A stretch of 64,000 nt of DNA from contig CAWGVS010000012.1 in the NCBI GenBank assembly GCA_963826115.1, positions 448,001 to 512,000 of the forward strand. The letters are read 5' to 3'. Shown here in pieces: positions 9,391 through 18,428 of the stretch. A program made the translations under genes and the position numbers. The stretch comes from an uncultured Candidatus Rokubacteria bacterium. GTDB lineage: Bacteria > Methylomirabilota > Methylomirabilia > Rokubacteriales > DASRDR01. Every line of letters begins with the position of its first letter. Positions within the stretch are counted from its first letter, which is position 1. The notes below the pieces were generated by a model. The model saw only the letters and a program-made list of their open reading frames with translations. It did not search any database and was not told the origin of the DNA.

Positions 9391-10533
9391 CTAGGCGTAC
9401 GGGTCGGCGGCGTCCCGGAGCCCGTCGCCGAGGAAGTTGAAGGCCAGGACCGTCAGCACGACCATGACCACCGGGAGCAGGAGCCAGGGGTAGAGCGCGA
9501 CCGCGTTCATGTTCTGGGCCTCGGAGAGGAGCACGCCCCAGCTCGTGATCGGGGGGCGGAGCCCGAGCCCCAGGAAGGACAGCGCCGTCTCGCCGAGGAT
9601 CATGTGGGGGATGGACAGGGTCGCCGAGACGATCAGGTGGCTCGTGAAGGCGGGCAGGAGGTGCCGCCGGATGATGTACGGCGGGGAGCCGCCCATGAGC
9701 ACGGCGGCGGTGGCGAAGTCCTCTTCCCGCACGGCGAGGAGCTTGCCGCGGACGCTCCGGGCCAGGCCCGTCCACTCGAGCACGCCGAGGATCACCGTGA
9801 TGCCGATGTAGACGAGGATGGGGTCCCAGCGGGGCGGCAGGGCCGCCGACAAGGCCATCCAGAGCGGCAGCTCGGGAAAGGCGCGGATGACCTCGATGAG
9901 CCGCTGGATCACGATGTCCACCGTCCCGCCGTAGTAGCCGGACAGGCCGCCGAACACGAGCGCGAGGACGAAGCTCACCGAGATGCCGAGGAGCCCGACG
10001 GTCAGCGAGATCCGGGCCCCGTGGATGATGCGCGAGAGCATGTCCCGCCCGAGCCGGTCGGTCCCCAGCAGGAACATGGTCCCGCCTTCCTCCACGCCGA
10101 TCAGGTGCCGCTCCGCCCGCCAGAGCCCCCACATGCGGTACGGCTCGCCTTGCGTGAAGAACTGGATCCGGTACAGGCGCGACGTGTCCTCGCGGTACTC
10201 GCGCTTGAGGTTCTCCATGTTGACCGTGAGGAGATAGCCGTAGACGAACGGGCCCTCGAAGCGACCCTCGTGGAACAGGCGGATGCGCTGGGGCGGCGAG
10301 TAGATGTGGTTCGCGTGGCGGCTCCGGAGCTCGTAGGGCGCCAGGAACTCGACGAACGGGATGGTGGCGTAGAGCGCCACCAGGAACCAGAGCGAGATCA
10401 TCGCGAAGCGGTGCCGGCGGAGGCGCCACCAGATGAGCTGCCACTGGGACGCGAAGTAGTAGCGCTCCTGCTCGGACGGGCCCGGGCGCTCGGCGGCGAC
10501 CGGGAGCGCGTCGGCGGCCGGAACCGCGCTCAT
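9391..10533 (-). CDS. Peptide-type ABC permease (DppC/OppC-like)
   Basis: LLGTDRLGRDMLSRII, ETALSFLGLG, FNFLGDGLRDAADP; ATG at 10533 overlaps upstream TGA. Confidence 0.93.
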   Translation of the reverse strand: MSAVPAADALPVAAERPGPSEQERYYFASQWQLIWWRLRRHRFAMISLWFLVALYATIPFVEFLAPYELRSRHANHIYSPPQRIRLFHEGRFEGPFVYGYLLTVNMENLKREYREDTSRLYRIQFFTQGEPYRMWGLWRAERHLIGVEEGGTMFLLGTDRLGRDMLSRIIHGARISLTVGLLGISVSFVLALVFGGLSGYYGGTVDIVIQRLIEVIRAFPELPLWMALSAALPPRWDPILVYIGITVILGVLEWTGLARSVRGKLLAVREEDFATAAVLMGGSPPYIIRRHLLPAFTSHLIVSATLSIPHMILGETALSFLGLGLRPPITSWGVLLSEAQNMNAVALYPWLLLPVVMVVLTVLAFNFLGDGLRDAADPYA

Positions 10534-11528
10534 CGGCTCTGCCCGCTCCCCTGGCGGATGCGGGGGTCGAGGGCGGCCAGGGCCAGGTCCGAGAGGAACA
10601 CGCCGATCACCGAGAGCACGGCCAGGAGCATCAGGAACGAGCCGGCCAGGTACATGTCCTGCGCCCGGAGGGCGCGGAGCAGGATCGGCCCGGTGGTGGG
10701 CAGGGACAGGACGATCGAGACGATGATCGCGCCCGAGATGACCTGCGGCAGGAGGTTCCCGATGTCCCCGATGAACGGGTTGAGGGCGATCCGGAGCGGG
10801 TACTTGAAGAGGATGCGCCGGGGGGTGAGCCCCTTGGCCCGCGCGGTGACCACGTAGGGGCGACGGAGCTCGTCCAGCAGGTTCGCGCGCAGGCGGCGGA
10901 TCATGCCCGCGGTGCCCGACGTCCCGATCACGATCACCGGAATCCACAGGTGCTGGAGGAGGTCCCAGAAGCGCGCCCAGCTCCACGGGGCGTTCTGCAT
11001 GTCGGGCGAGAAGAGGCCGCCGACGCTCGTCCCGAAGTACGTGAAGGAGATGAACATCAGGATCAGCGCGAGCAGGAAGTTCGGCGTCGCCAGGCCCAGG
11101 AAGCCGAGGAGCGTGAGCCCGTGGTCGGCCCAACTGTACTGGTGGGTCGCCGAGTACACGCCAATCGGAAACGCCATCAGCCAGGTGAAGACGATCGAGC
11201 CGAACGAGACGACGAAGGTCAGCAGCAGCCGCTCCCCGATGATGTCGGCCACCGGCCGGTCGTACTCGAACGAGTAGCCCAGGTCGCCCTGGAAGAGCCC
11301 CGACACCCACAGCCAGTACTGCTTCCAGAGGGGCTGGTCGAGCCCGAACTGCTGGCGCAGGAACTCGACCTTCTGGAGGTCCGCCCGCTCCCCGGACGCC
11401 TCGAGGTCGCTGATCAGGGTCGTGAGGAAGTCGCCGGGCGGCAGCTGGATGATGATGAAGGTGACGACGGAGATCAGGAACAGGGTCGGCACCATCAGCA
11501 GGATGCGCTGGAGGAGGTAGCGGCCCAT
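10530..11528 (-). CDS. Peptide-type ABC permease (DppB/OppB-like)
   Basis: LPPGD, GDLGYS, YVVTARAKGL, LDPRIR. Confidence 0.94.
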   Translation of the reverse strand: MGRYLLQRILLMVPTLFLISVVTFIIIQLPPGDFLTTLISDLEASGERADLQKVEFLRQQFGLDQPLWKQYWLWVSGLFQGDLGYSFEYDRPVADIIGERLLLTFVVSFGSIVFTWLMAFPIGVYSATHQYSWADHGLTLLGFLGLATPNFLLALILMFISFTYFGTSVGGLFSPDMQNAPWSWARFWDLLQHLWIPVIVIGTSGTAGMIRRLRANLLDELRRPYVVTARAKGLTPRRILFKYPLRIALNPFIGDIGNLLPQVISGAIIVSIVLSLPTTGPILLRALRAQDMYLAGSFLMLLAVLSVIGVFLSDLALAALDPRIRQGSGQSR

Positions 11529-11569
11529 CGGTCAGCGGCCCTCGGCCCGCGCGCGGGTCACCCGGCGCC

Positions 11570-12610
11570 TCACGCGGTCCGCGCGGCCGGCCGCCGCGGC
11601 AGCGGGGTCAGGTGGAGCTCCTCGGCCCGGTGGCACCGCGCCAGGTGGTCGGGCGCGACCGCGCGGATCTCCGGCGTCTCGTCCCGGCAGCGCTCGATGG
11701 CGTACGGGCACCGGAGGGCGTAGGCGCACCCGCGGATCCCGCCCGTCACCGGCGCGCCCTCGCGCGCCCCGCCGAGCGTGCCCCGGAGACGCGGGTCGGG
11801 CCGGAGGACCGCGGCCAGCAGCGTCTCCGTGTACGGGTGTCGCGGGCGCTCGAAGAGCTGACGCTTCGGCGCCAGCTCGACGATCCGGCCCGCGTACATC
11901 ACCGCGATCCGGTCGGCGACGTAGTCGATGACGGCCAGATTGTGCGAGATGAAGAGATAGGTGAGGCCGAGCTCCCCCTGCAGGTCCTTCAGGAGGTTCA
12001 GGACCTGCGCCTGGACCGAGACGTCCAGCGCCGACACCGGCTCGTCGCAGACCACCAGCTCGGGATTGAGCGCGAGGGCGCGCGCGATCCCGATGCGCTG
12101 TCGCTGGCCGCCCGAGAAGGAGTGCGGGTAGCGGCGGAGGTACTGGACGTTGAGCCCGACCATCCCCATCAGGGCCTTCACCCGGTCCTGGATCTCCTCG
12201 CGCGATCCGCGGCGGTGGATGTGCAGCGGCTCTCCGATGATCTCGCCGACGGGCATCCGCGGGTTGAGCGAGGAGAAGGGGTCCTGGAAGATCATCTGGA
12301 TGTGGGGACGGAGCGCGCGGAGCGCCCGGCCCTTCAGCTGATCGACCCGCACCGGCTGTCTGCCGCCGATCCGGAACAGGATCTCCCCGCGCGTGGGCGT
12401 GAGCGCGCGGAGCACGAGGCGCGCCGTCGTGGTCTTGCCGCAGCCGCTCTCGCCGACCAGGCCGAGCGTCTCACCCTTGGCGACGTCGAAGCTCACACCC
12501 TCGACCGCGACGACCGTGCCCACCTGCCGCCGCGCCAGGCCGGCCAGCCAGGGCTGGAACAGCGGGAAGTGCTTCGTGAGGTCCCGGACCTCCAGGAGCG
12601 GCTCGGGCAC
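11570..12610 (-). CDS. Peptide-type ABC ATP-binding protein (OppF-like)
   Basis: GESGCGKT, FSGGQRQRI, CDEPVSALDVS, PRHPYT, C-terminal Cys cluster. Confidence 0.95.
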   Translation of the reverse strand: MPEPLLEVRDLTKHFPLFQPWLAGLARRQVGTVVAVEGVSFDVAKGETLGLVGESGCGKTTTARLVLRALTPTRGEILFRIGGRQPVRVDQLKGRALRALRPHIQMIFQDPFSSLNPRMPVGEIIGEPLHIHRRGSREEIQDRVKALMGMVGLNVQYLRRYPHSFSGGQRQRIGIARALALNPELVVCDEPVSALDVSVQAQVLNLLKDLQGELGLTYLFISHNLAVIDYVADRIAVMYAGRIVELAPKRQLFERPRHPYTETLLAAVLRPDPRLRGTLGGAREGAPVTGGIRGCAYALRCPYAIERCRDETPEIRAVAPDHLARCHRAEELHLTPLPRRPAARTA

Positions 12611-12611
12611 G

Positions 12612-13640
12612 TCAGGCTCCCACCGGGGCGGAGGAGACCTGGGGCATGGAGCCGCGCTTGTAGCAGGCGACCTGCCAGTGGTCGGCGAGCGCGCGCGGCG
12701 CGGGCATGGCCGTGCCGCAGAGGGCCGGCTCCCCCTCCGGGCACCGCGACAGGAACGGGCACCCCGGGATCGGCGCGAGCGGGTCGGGAACGGTGCCGGG
12801 GATCGTCTGGAGCCGCTCGCCCTCGTGCACGCCGAACTGGGGCGTGCTGCGGAGGAGCGCCTGGAGATACGGGTGCTGGGGGTCCTCGAACAGCTCGGCG
12901 ACGGGCCCCGTCTCCATCACGTGCCCGCAGTACATGACCGTGACCAGGTCGGCCACGTGCGCGACCACGCCGGGATCGTGCGTGATGATGATGAGCCCCA
13001 TTCCGTGCTCGCGCTGGAGCCGGACCAGGAGGTCGAGGATCTGCGCCTGCACGGTGACGTCGAGCGCGGAGGTGGGCTCGTCGGCGATGACCAGGGCGGG
13101 GCGGCCCACGAGCGCCATGGCGATCATGGCCCGCTGGCGGAGGCCCCCCGACAGCTCGAACGGGTAGGCGTCGATCTTGCGCTGGGGGTCGGGGAACCCG
13201 ACGGCGTCGAGCGCCTCGATCGTCGCCGCGCGGGCGGCCGCCCGACCCGCCTGGCGGTGGAGCCGCAGGACCTCCCCGATCTGGTTGCCGATCGTGTGCA
13301 CCGGCGAGAACGCCGTCATCGGCTCCTGGAAGATCATCGAGATCGCGCCCCCGCGGATGCTCCGCATTCGGCGGCCGTCGGCCGGGAGCGTGGCGAGGTC
13401 GACGGGAGCCCCCCCGTCCGGGGAGAACAGGATGCGCCCCGCCTCGATGCGGGCCCGGGGGGGCAGGATCCGCATGATCGACTGGGCCAGGACGCTCTTC
13501 CCCGACCCCGATTCCCCGACGATGGCCATGGTCTGGCCCCGGTCGACCGAGAACGAAACGCCGTTTACCGCCCGGACGACCCCCTCGTCGAGGTAGATGG
13601 ACGTCCGTAGGCCCTGCACCTCCAGCAACGGGGCGCCCAT
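12612..13640 (-). CDS. Peptide-type ABC ATP-binding protein (OppD-like)
   Basis: GESGSGKS, LSGGLRQR, ADEPTSALDVT, GCPF..RC. Confidence 0.95.
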   Translation of the reverse strand: MGAPLLEVQGLRTSIYLDEGVVRAVNGVSFSVDRGQTMAIVGESGSGKSVLAQSIMRILPPRARIEAGRILFSPDGGAPVDLATLPADGRRMRSIRGGAISMIFQEPMTAFSPVHTIGNQIGEVLRLHRQAGRAAARAATIEALDAVGFPDPQRKIDAYPFELSGGLRQRAMIAMALVGRPALVIADEPTSALDVTVQAQILDLLVRLQREHGMGLIIITHDPGVVAHVADLVTVMYCGHVMETGPVAELFEDPQHPYLQALLRSTPQFGVHEGERLQTIPGTVPDPLAPIPGCPFLSRCPEGEPALCGTAMPAPRALADHWQVACYKRGSMPQVSSAPVGA

Positions 13641-13798
13641 CGCACGGTATCACTACCATCCGGGGCCGATCCGAGGCAAGGCCCGACCCATCGCCGGGGG
13701 TCCGGGAGGGGGGCATCCGGGCGTTTGCCGACCCCCCCGATAGGCTTCCCTTTTCCATGGGTTTTTGGTAAACGTGACCTGCCCGGGCCCTGGACTGC

Positions 13799-15214
13799 TT
13801 GCTCGATGGGGCGACCCGGGAAGTCACCCCGAGACCCGCGGTCCCCAGGCAGGCCTATCGCCGCCGGGACCCCTGGGAGGTGGATGTGGGAACGGTCCGG
13901 TCTGGCAGCGGGTCTCCCGGCAACGGCAACGGCCACCGAGGCCATGCCGCCGGGGATCTCGGACAGTACCGGGTTCTCATCTACAGCCACGACTCGTTCG
14001 GCCTCGGGCATCTGCGGCGCTGCCGGACGATCGCCCACTCCTTGGTCGCGCACCACAAGAAGCTGAACGTCCTCATCCTGAGCGGCTCCCCGATCGTCGG
14101 GCGCTTCAGCTTCCGCTCCCGCGTCGACTTCGTCCGCGTGCCAGGGATCATCAAGCGGCGGAACGGCGAGTACACGAGCCTGAACCTCGATTTCCACGTC
14201 GAGCAAACCCTCGCGCTGCGCGCGTCCATCATCGAGCACACGGCGCGGGTCTTCCGGCCCGACCTCTTCCTGGTCGACAAGGAGCCGCTGGGACTGCTCG
14301 GGGAGGTGCAGAGCACGCTGGCCCTCCTCCGCCGCCAGGGGGAGACGCGGCTGGTCCTCGGGCTCCGCGACATCATGGACGACCCGACGTCGCTCGTCGA
14401 GGAGTGGCGGCGCAAGCGCGTGATCCCGGCCCTCAAGCGCTCCTACGACCAGATCTGGGTCTACGGGCTGCCGCAGGTCTACGACCCGATCGAGGCGTAC
14501 GGCCTGCCCGCGGACGTCGCCGCCAAGACGACCTTCACCGGCTACCTCCCGCGCGAGACGAATCCCGAGGTCGCGCTGCCGCCCGACGTGCAGGCCGTGG
14601 TCCATCAGGGGCCCTTCCTCCTGGTGACGCCCGGCGGAGGCGGCGACGGCGCCCAGCTGGTCGACACGACCCTCGCCGCCTACGAGCGCTTCAACGGGCG
14701 GCTGCCGTGGCCGGCCGTCGTCGTGTACGGGCCGTTCCTGCCCGCGCGCGAGCGCGCGGCGTTCGAGCGGCGGGCGGCGAAGCTCTCGCGCGTCACCACG
14801 CTCGAGTTCCACGAGCATCTCGAGAACCTCGTCGAGAAAGCGGCCGGAGTCGTGTGCCTCGGCGGCTACAACACCTTCTGCGAGATCCTGTCGCTCAAGA
14901 AGCGCAGCCTGATCGTGCCGCGCGTGACGCCGCGCCTCGAGCAGCTCCTCCGGGCCCAGGTGGCCGCGCGGTTGGGGCTCGCGCAGACGCTCGATCCCGC
15001 CCGGCTCACCCCCGAGACCCTGGCGGAGGGCATGATCCACCTGCCGGAGCAACCGCTCCCGGCCACCCACCGGGTCCCGGGGTTGCTCGACGGCCTCCGG
15101 TTCATCAACCAGGCGGTCGCGAAGTGGCGGGTCGAGGGGCCGCCCCGTCCGGGGATCCGCGGGCTCGAGCGCGCCGGCGTCATCCGCCGCGCTCCCGCTC
15201 GGCGAGCCGTCTGA
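13799..15214 (+). CDS. Predicted GT-B glycosyltransferase (COG4671-like, GT28 C-terminal domain)
   Basis: IYSHDSFGLGHLRR, TPGGGGDG, GGYNTFCEIL, PR...EQ; true start probably GTG at 13886 after GGAGGT. Confidence 0.88.
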   Translation: MLDGATREVTPRPAVPRQAYRRRDPWEVDVGTVRSGSGSPGNGNGHRGHAAGDLGQYRVLIYSHDSFGLGHLRRCRTIAHSLVAHHKKLNVLILSGSPIVGRFSFRSRVDFVRVPGIIKRRNGEYTSLNLDFHVEQTLALRASIIEHTARVFRPDLFLVDKEPLGLLGEVQSTLALLRRQGETRLVLGLRDIMDDPTSLVEEWRRKRVIPALKRSYDQIWVYGLPQVYDPIEAYGLPADVAAKTTFTGYLPRETNPEVALPPDVQAVVHQGPFLLVTPGGGGDGAQLVDTTLAAYERFNGRLPWPAVVVYGPFLPARERAAFERRAAKLSRVTTLEFHEHLENLVEKAAGVVCLGGYNTFCEILSLKKRSLIVPRVTPRLEQLLRAQVAARLGLAQTLDPARLTPETLAEGMIHLPEQPLPATHRVPGLLDGLRFINQAVAKWRVEGPPRPGIRGLERAGVIRRAPARRAV

Positions 15215-15237
15215 GCCGCTCATCCCCGGCCGCGCCC

Positions 15238-16524
15238 ATGCGGCCCGCGGCCGTCCCGCCCCGTATCGTCGTCGTGGTGCTCAAGGGCTACCCGCGCGTC
15301 TCGGAGACCTTCATCGCCCACGAGCTCGCCGCGCTCGAGCGCCGCGGCCTCCGGCTCCACATCGCGTCGCTCCGGCGGCCCTACGACGCGCTCACGCAGC
15401 CGGTCCACGCGACGGTACGCGCGCCGGTGACGTATCTCCCCGAGTACCTCTACGAAGCGCCGGGCCGCGTGCTGGCCGGGCACGCGCGGGCGTTCGGGCG
15501 GGCGCCTCGCCGCTACCTCCGGGCGCTCGGGCTCTGGCTGCGCGACGTCCGCCGCGATGCGACGCCGAACCGCGGACGCCGCTTCGGCCAGGCGGGCGTG
15601 CTGGCCGCCGAGCTGCCAGCGGGCGCGGCCCACCTCCACGCGCACTTCCTTCACACACCCACGTCCGTCGCACGGTACGCGGCGGTCATGTGTGGGCTCG
15701 GTTACAGCGCATCCGGTCACGCGAAGGACGTCTGGACGACGCCGGACTGGGAGCTCCGCGAGAAGCTCATCGACGCGCGCTTCACGGTGACCTGCACGGC
15801 CGCGGGCCAGGCGCGCCTCGGCGCGCTCGCGCCGGGACGGATCGCGCTCGTCTACCACGGGCTCGACCGCCGGCTCTTCGCCGCGCCGCCGGCATTCGGC
15901 GCGCCGCGCGACGGCGCGGATCCGGCCGACCCCGTCCGGCTCCTGGCGGTCGGGCGCTTCCAGCCGAAGAAGGGCTATGCGACCCTCCTCGACGCGATCG
16001 CGCGCGTCCGGGGCGCCGTGCGGCTCACGGTGGTAGGCTACGGGCCCCTCGCGGGGGCGCTTCGCGCGCAGGCGGAAGCCCTGGGCCTGGCGAGCCGCGT
16101 CACCTGGGCCGGCGCCCTCGATCAGCCGGCGGTGCGGGCCCAGTACCGCGCGAGTGACCTGCTGGTCCTCGCCTCCGAGGTGGCGCCCGACGGCGACCGC
16201 GACGGGGTGCCCAACGTCGTGGTCGAGAGCCTGTCCCAGGGGCTGCCCGTGGTCGCGACGCGCGCCGGGGCCATCGCCGAGGTCGTGCTCGACGGCGTCC
16301 ACGGCCGGCTCGTCCCGCCGGGCGACGCCGGCGCGCTGGCCGCGGCCATCGAGAGCCTGGCTCGCGATCCCGAGGCGCGCCGCCGGATGGGGGCGGCCGG
16401 GATCGCGCGGATCGCCGACGGGTGGGACCTCGAGGCGGGCGCCGACCGCATCCACGAGCTCCTCCGGGCGGAGATGGCCGCACCGGCGGCGGCGCCGGCG
16501 CGAACTGCGAGCGTCCCGGCGTGA
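15238..16524 (+). CDS. Glycosyltransferase family 4
   Basis: LKGYPRVSETFI, HAHF, VGRFQPKKG, DRDGVPNVVVES..G.PVVAT. Confidence 0.92.
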   Translation: MRPAAVPPRIVVVVLKGYPRVSETFIAHELAALERRGLRLHIASLRRPYDALTQPVHATVRAPVTYLPEYLYEAPGRVLAGHARAFGRAPRRYLRALGLWLRDVRRDATPNRGRRFGQAGVLAAELPAGAAHLHAHFLHTPTSVARYAAVMCGLGYSASGHAKDVWTTPDWELREKLIDARFTVTCTAAGQARLGALAPGRIALVYHGLDRRLFAAPPAFGAPRDGADPADPVRLLAVGRFQPKKGYATLLDAIARVRGAVRLTVVGYGPLAGALRAQAEALGLASRVTWAGALDQPAVRAQYRASDLLVLASEVAPDGDRDGVPNVVVESLSQGLPVVATRAGAIAEVVLDGVHGRLVPPGDAGALAAAIESLARDPEARRRMGAAGIARIADGWDLEAGADRIHELLRAEMAAPAAAPARTASVPA

Positions 16525-17693
16525 CCGCGCTCGCCTTCTACACCCCGGTCAAGCACCCGTTCGAGACCGAGCCGTCCGGCGATCGCGAGCTCGGCCGGCT
16601 CCTGATGACCGCGCTCCGCGGGCTCGGCTTCGCCCCGCACCTCGCGAGCCGGCTCCTCACCTACCGGCGCGCGTTCGACCCGGTCGACGCCGCCCGCGTG
16701 GAGCGCGTCGCGGCGCTCACCGCGGCCCGCCTCATCGCGCGCTACCGACGCGCCCGGCCCGCCGCGCGGCCGCGGGCGTGGATCACCTACCAGAGCTACT
16801 ACCGCGCCCCCGACCTCGTGGGGCCGACCGTCGCCACCGCGCTCGACATCCCCTACGTGCTCGTCGACACGTATCTGTCGGGGAAGAGCCGCCGCACGCC
16901 GTTCCGCCCCTGGGTGAGCGCCGCGCGACTCGCGGCCCGGCGCGCGGACCTCATCTTCCTCATGAGCCCGCGGGACCGCCCGCGCGTGGCCGCCTGCCGG
17001 GGCTCGCGCTTCGCCGCCGAGCGGATCCTGGACCTGCCCCCGCCCGTCGACGCGACGCGCTTCGACGCGAGCCCGGAGCACCGCCTGGCGTGTCGCGCGG
17101 CCATGGCCCGGCGCTTCACGGGCCCCGATGGCCCCGTGATCCTGGCGGTCGCCGCCATGCGGGAGGTGAAGAAGCTCGAGCCGTACCAGCTGCTCGCCGG
17201 CGCCCTCGCGTCGCTCCACGCCGCCGCGCCGATCCGGCCGTGGCGGCTCGCGGTGGTCGGCGACGGGCCCGCCCGGCCGGCGGTTGCCGAGGCGTTCTCC
17301 ACCCTGCCGTCCGGCCGCGTCGCGTTTCTCGGATCGCTGGAGCCCGACGTGCTGCCCACGGCGTACCTCGGCGCCGACCTCTTCGCCTTTCCCGGACGCT
17401 TCCACGTCGTCTTCCTGCAGGCGGCGGCCGCGAGCCTGCCCGTCGTCGCGTGCGCCGGGCCCGGGCCGGACCCGTTCGTCGCGCCGGACGGCTCGGTCCT
17501 CACCGCCCCCACGCCGGACGCGTTCGCGGGCGGCGTGGCGCAGCTCCTGGACGATCCCGCGCTCCGCACCGCGATGGGCGCCGCCGCGCGCCGGTTCGTC
17601 ACCGCGGACCGGACGCTCGCCGCCTTCCAGCGCCGCCTGGCCGCCGGGCTCGAAGCGCTGGGCTTGCCATGCGGTCGATCTACGTCGCCCTGA
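16521..17693 (+). CDS. Glycosyltransferase family 4 (divergent)
   Basis: GTGA overlap; FYTPVKHP...PSGDR, YYRAPDLVGP, LAVVGDGP, ADLFAFP...QAAAASLPVV. Confidence 0.86.
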   Translation: MTALAFYTPVKHPFETEPSGDRELGRLLMTALRGLGFAPHLASRLLTYRRAFDPVDAARVERVAALTAARLIARYRRARPAARPRAWITYQSYYRAPDLVGPTVATALDIPYVLVDTYLSGKSRRTPFRPWVSAARLAARRADLIFLMSPRDRPRVAACRGSRFAAERILDLPPPVDATRFDASPEHRLACRAAMARRFTGPDGPVILAVAAMREVKKLEPYQLLAGALASLHAAAPIRPWRLAVVGDGPARPAVAEAFSTLPSGRVAFLGSLEPDVLPTAYLGADLFAFPGRFHVVFLQAAAASLPVVACAGPGPDPFVAPDGSVLTAPTPDAFAGGVAQLLDDPALRTAMGAAARRFVTADRTLAAFQRRLAAGLEALGLPCGRSTSP

Positions 17694-18265
17694 TCCGCCA
17701 CGCCCCGACGGCGTGGAACGCCGAGGGGCGCGTGCTCGGCCAGGCGGATCCTCCGCTCTCCCCCGAGGGCGTCGCGCGCGCGACGCGCTGGCGGCTGCCC
17801 GTCGATCTCCGTGCCCTCGCGACGCGCGGACAGCTCGGCTGGGCGGTGAGCCCGCTCGCGCGCGCGGGCGAGACCGCCCGGATCCTGGGCGCGGGCGCCC
17901 CGGTGGTGGAGCCGCGGCTCGCGGAGCAGCACGGGGGCGAGTGGACCGGCCGCTCGCGCGCCGCCGTCTCGCGCGAGGCGCCCGCCGGCGGATGGGACGT
18001 GGCCCCACCCGGGGGCGAATCCCCGGCGCAGGTCCTCGTTCGCGTCCGCGCGTGGCTCGACGAGCTCGCGGCGGGCGACGGACCCGAGACGTGGGCCGCG
18101 GTGACCCACATGGGCCTCATCCGGATCGTCATCGCCGCGGCGCTTCGCTGGGACTTCGGCGAGCCGCCGCCGGTGCGGCTCCTGCCCGACCGCATCCACC
18201 GCGTGCGCCGCCGCGGCGACGGGCTCCTCCAGCTCGTCGCGCTCAACGAGTCGCTCGAGCCGTGA
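17669..18265 (+). CDS. Histidine phosphatase (phosphoglycerate mutase) family protein
   Basis: LIRHAPTAWN, SPLARAGETA, PPGGES, VTHMG. Confidence 0.9.
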   Translation: MRSIYVALIRHAPTAWNAEGRVLGQADPPLSPEGVARATRWRLPVDLRALATRGQLGWAVSPLARAGETARILGAGAPVVEPRLAEQHGGEWTGRSRAAVSREAPAGGWDVAPPGGESPAQVLVRVRAWLDELAAGDGPETWAAVTHMGLIRIVIAAALRWDFGEPPPVRLLPDRIHRVRRRGDGLLQLVALNESLEP

Positions 18266-18280
18266 GTCCCACGAGCCGCG

Positions 18281-18320
18281 ACAGGCCGCCACAGGCCCCC
18301 ACAGGCCGCCACAGGCCGAA
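18281..18320. repeat. Imperfect 10-bp tandem repeat, 4 copies
   Basis: ACAGGCCGCC ACAGGCCCCC ACAGGCCGCC ACAGGCCGAA. Confidence 0.85.
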
Positions 18321-18322
18321 GG

Positions 18323-18392
18323 CCGTCCGATCGGATCCGTCCGATCGGATCCGTCCGATCGGATCCGCTCGATCGAGTCCGCCCGATCGGTG
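18323..18392. repeat. 14-bp tandem repeat, 5 copies, each with a palindromic CGATCG-centred core
   Basis: CCGTCCGATCGGAT x3, CCGCTCGATCGAGT, CCGCCCGATCGGTG. Confidence 0.9.
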
Positions 18393-18428
18393 CCGTCTCG
18401 CCAACCCCGGCGCCGGGAAGCCCGCCCC

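Noticed and set aside
6777-9440. 887-aa plus-strand ORF and many other long antisense/alternate-frame ORFs (e.g. 973-2583, 26962-29400, 36280-38445)
   Set aside because: Shadow ORFs expected at very high GC; R/P/G/A-rich or antisense to genes with clear motifs
13690-13745. G-run/C-run inverted element in the divergent promoter region
   Set aside because: Low complexity and single copy here; cannot be called a REP without the rest of the genome
13765-16524. 919-aa ORF as a fused glycosyltransferase
   Set aside because: N-terminal half is off-frame over the preceding GT; real start is 15238
18281-18392. Possible mini-CRISPR array
   Set aside because: Units of 10 and 14 bp are directly adjacent with no spacers; no cas genes
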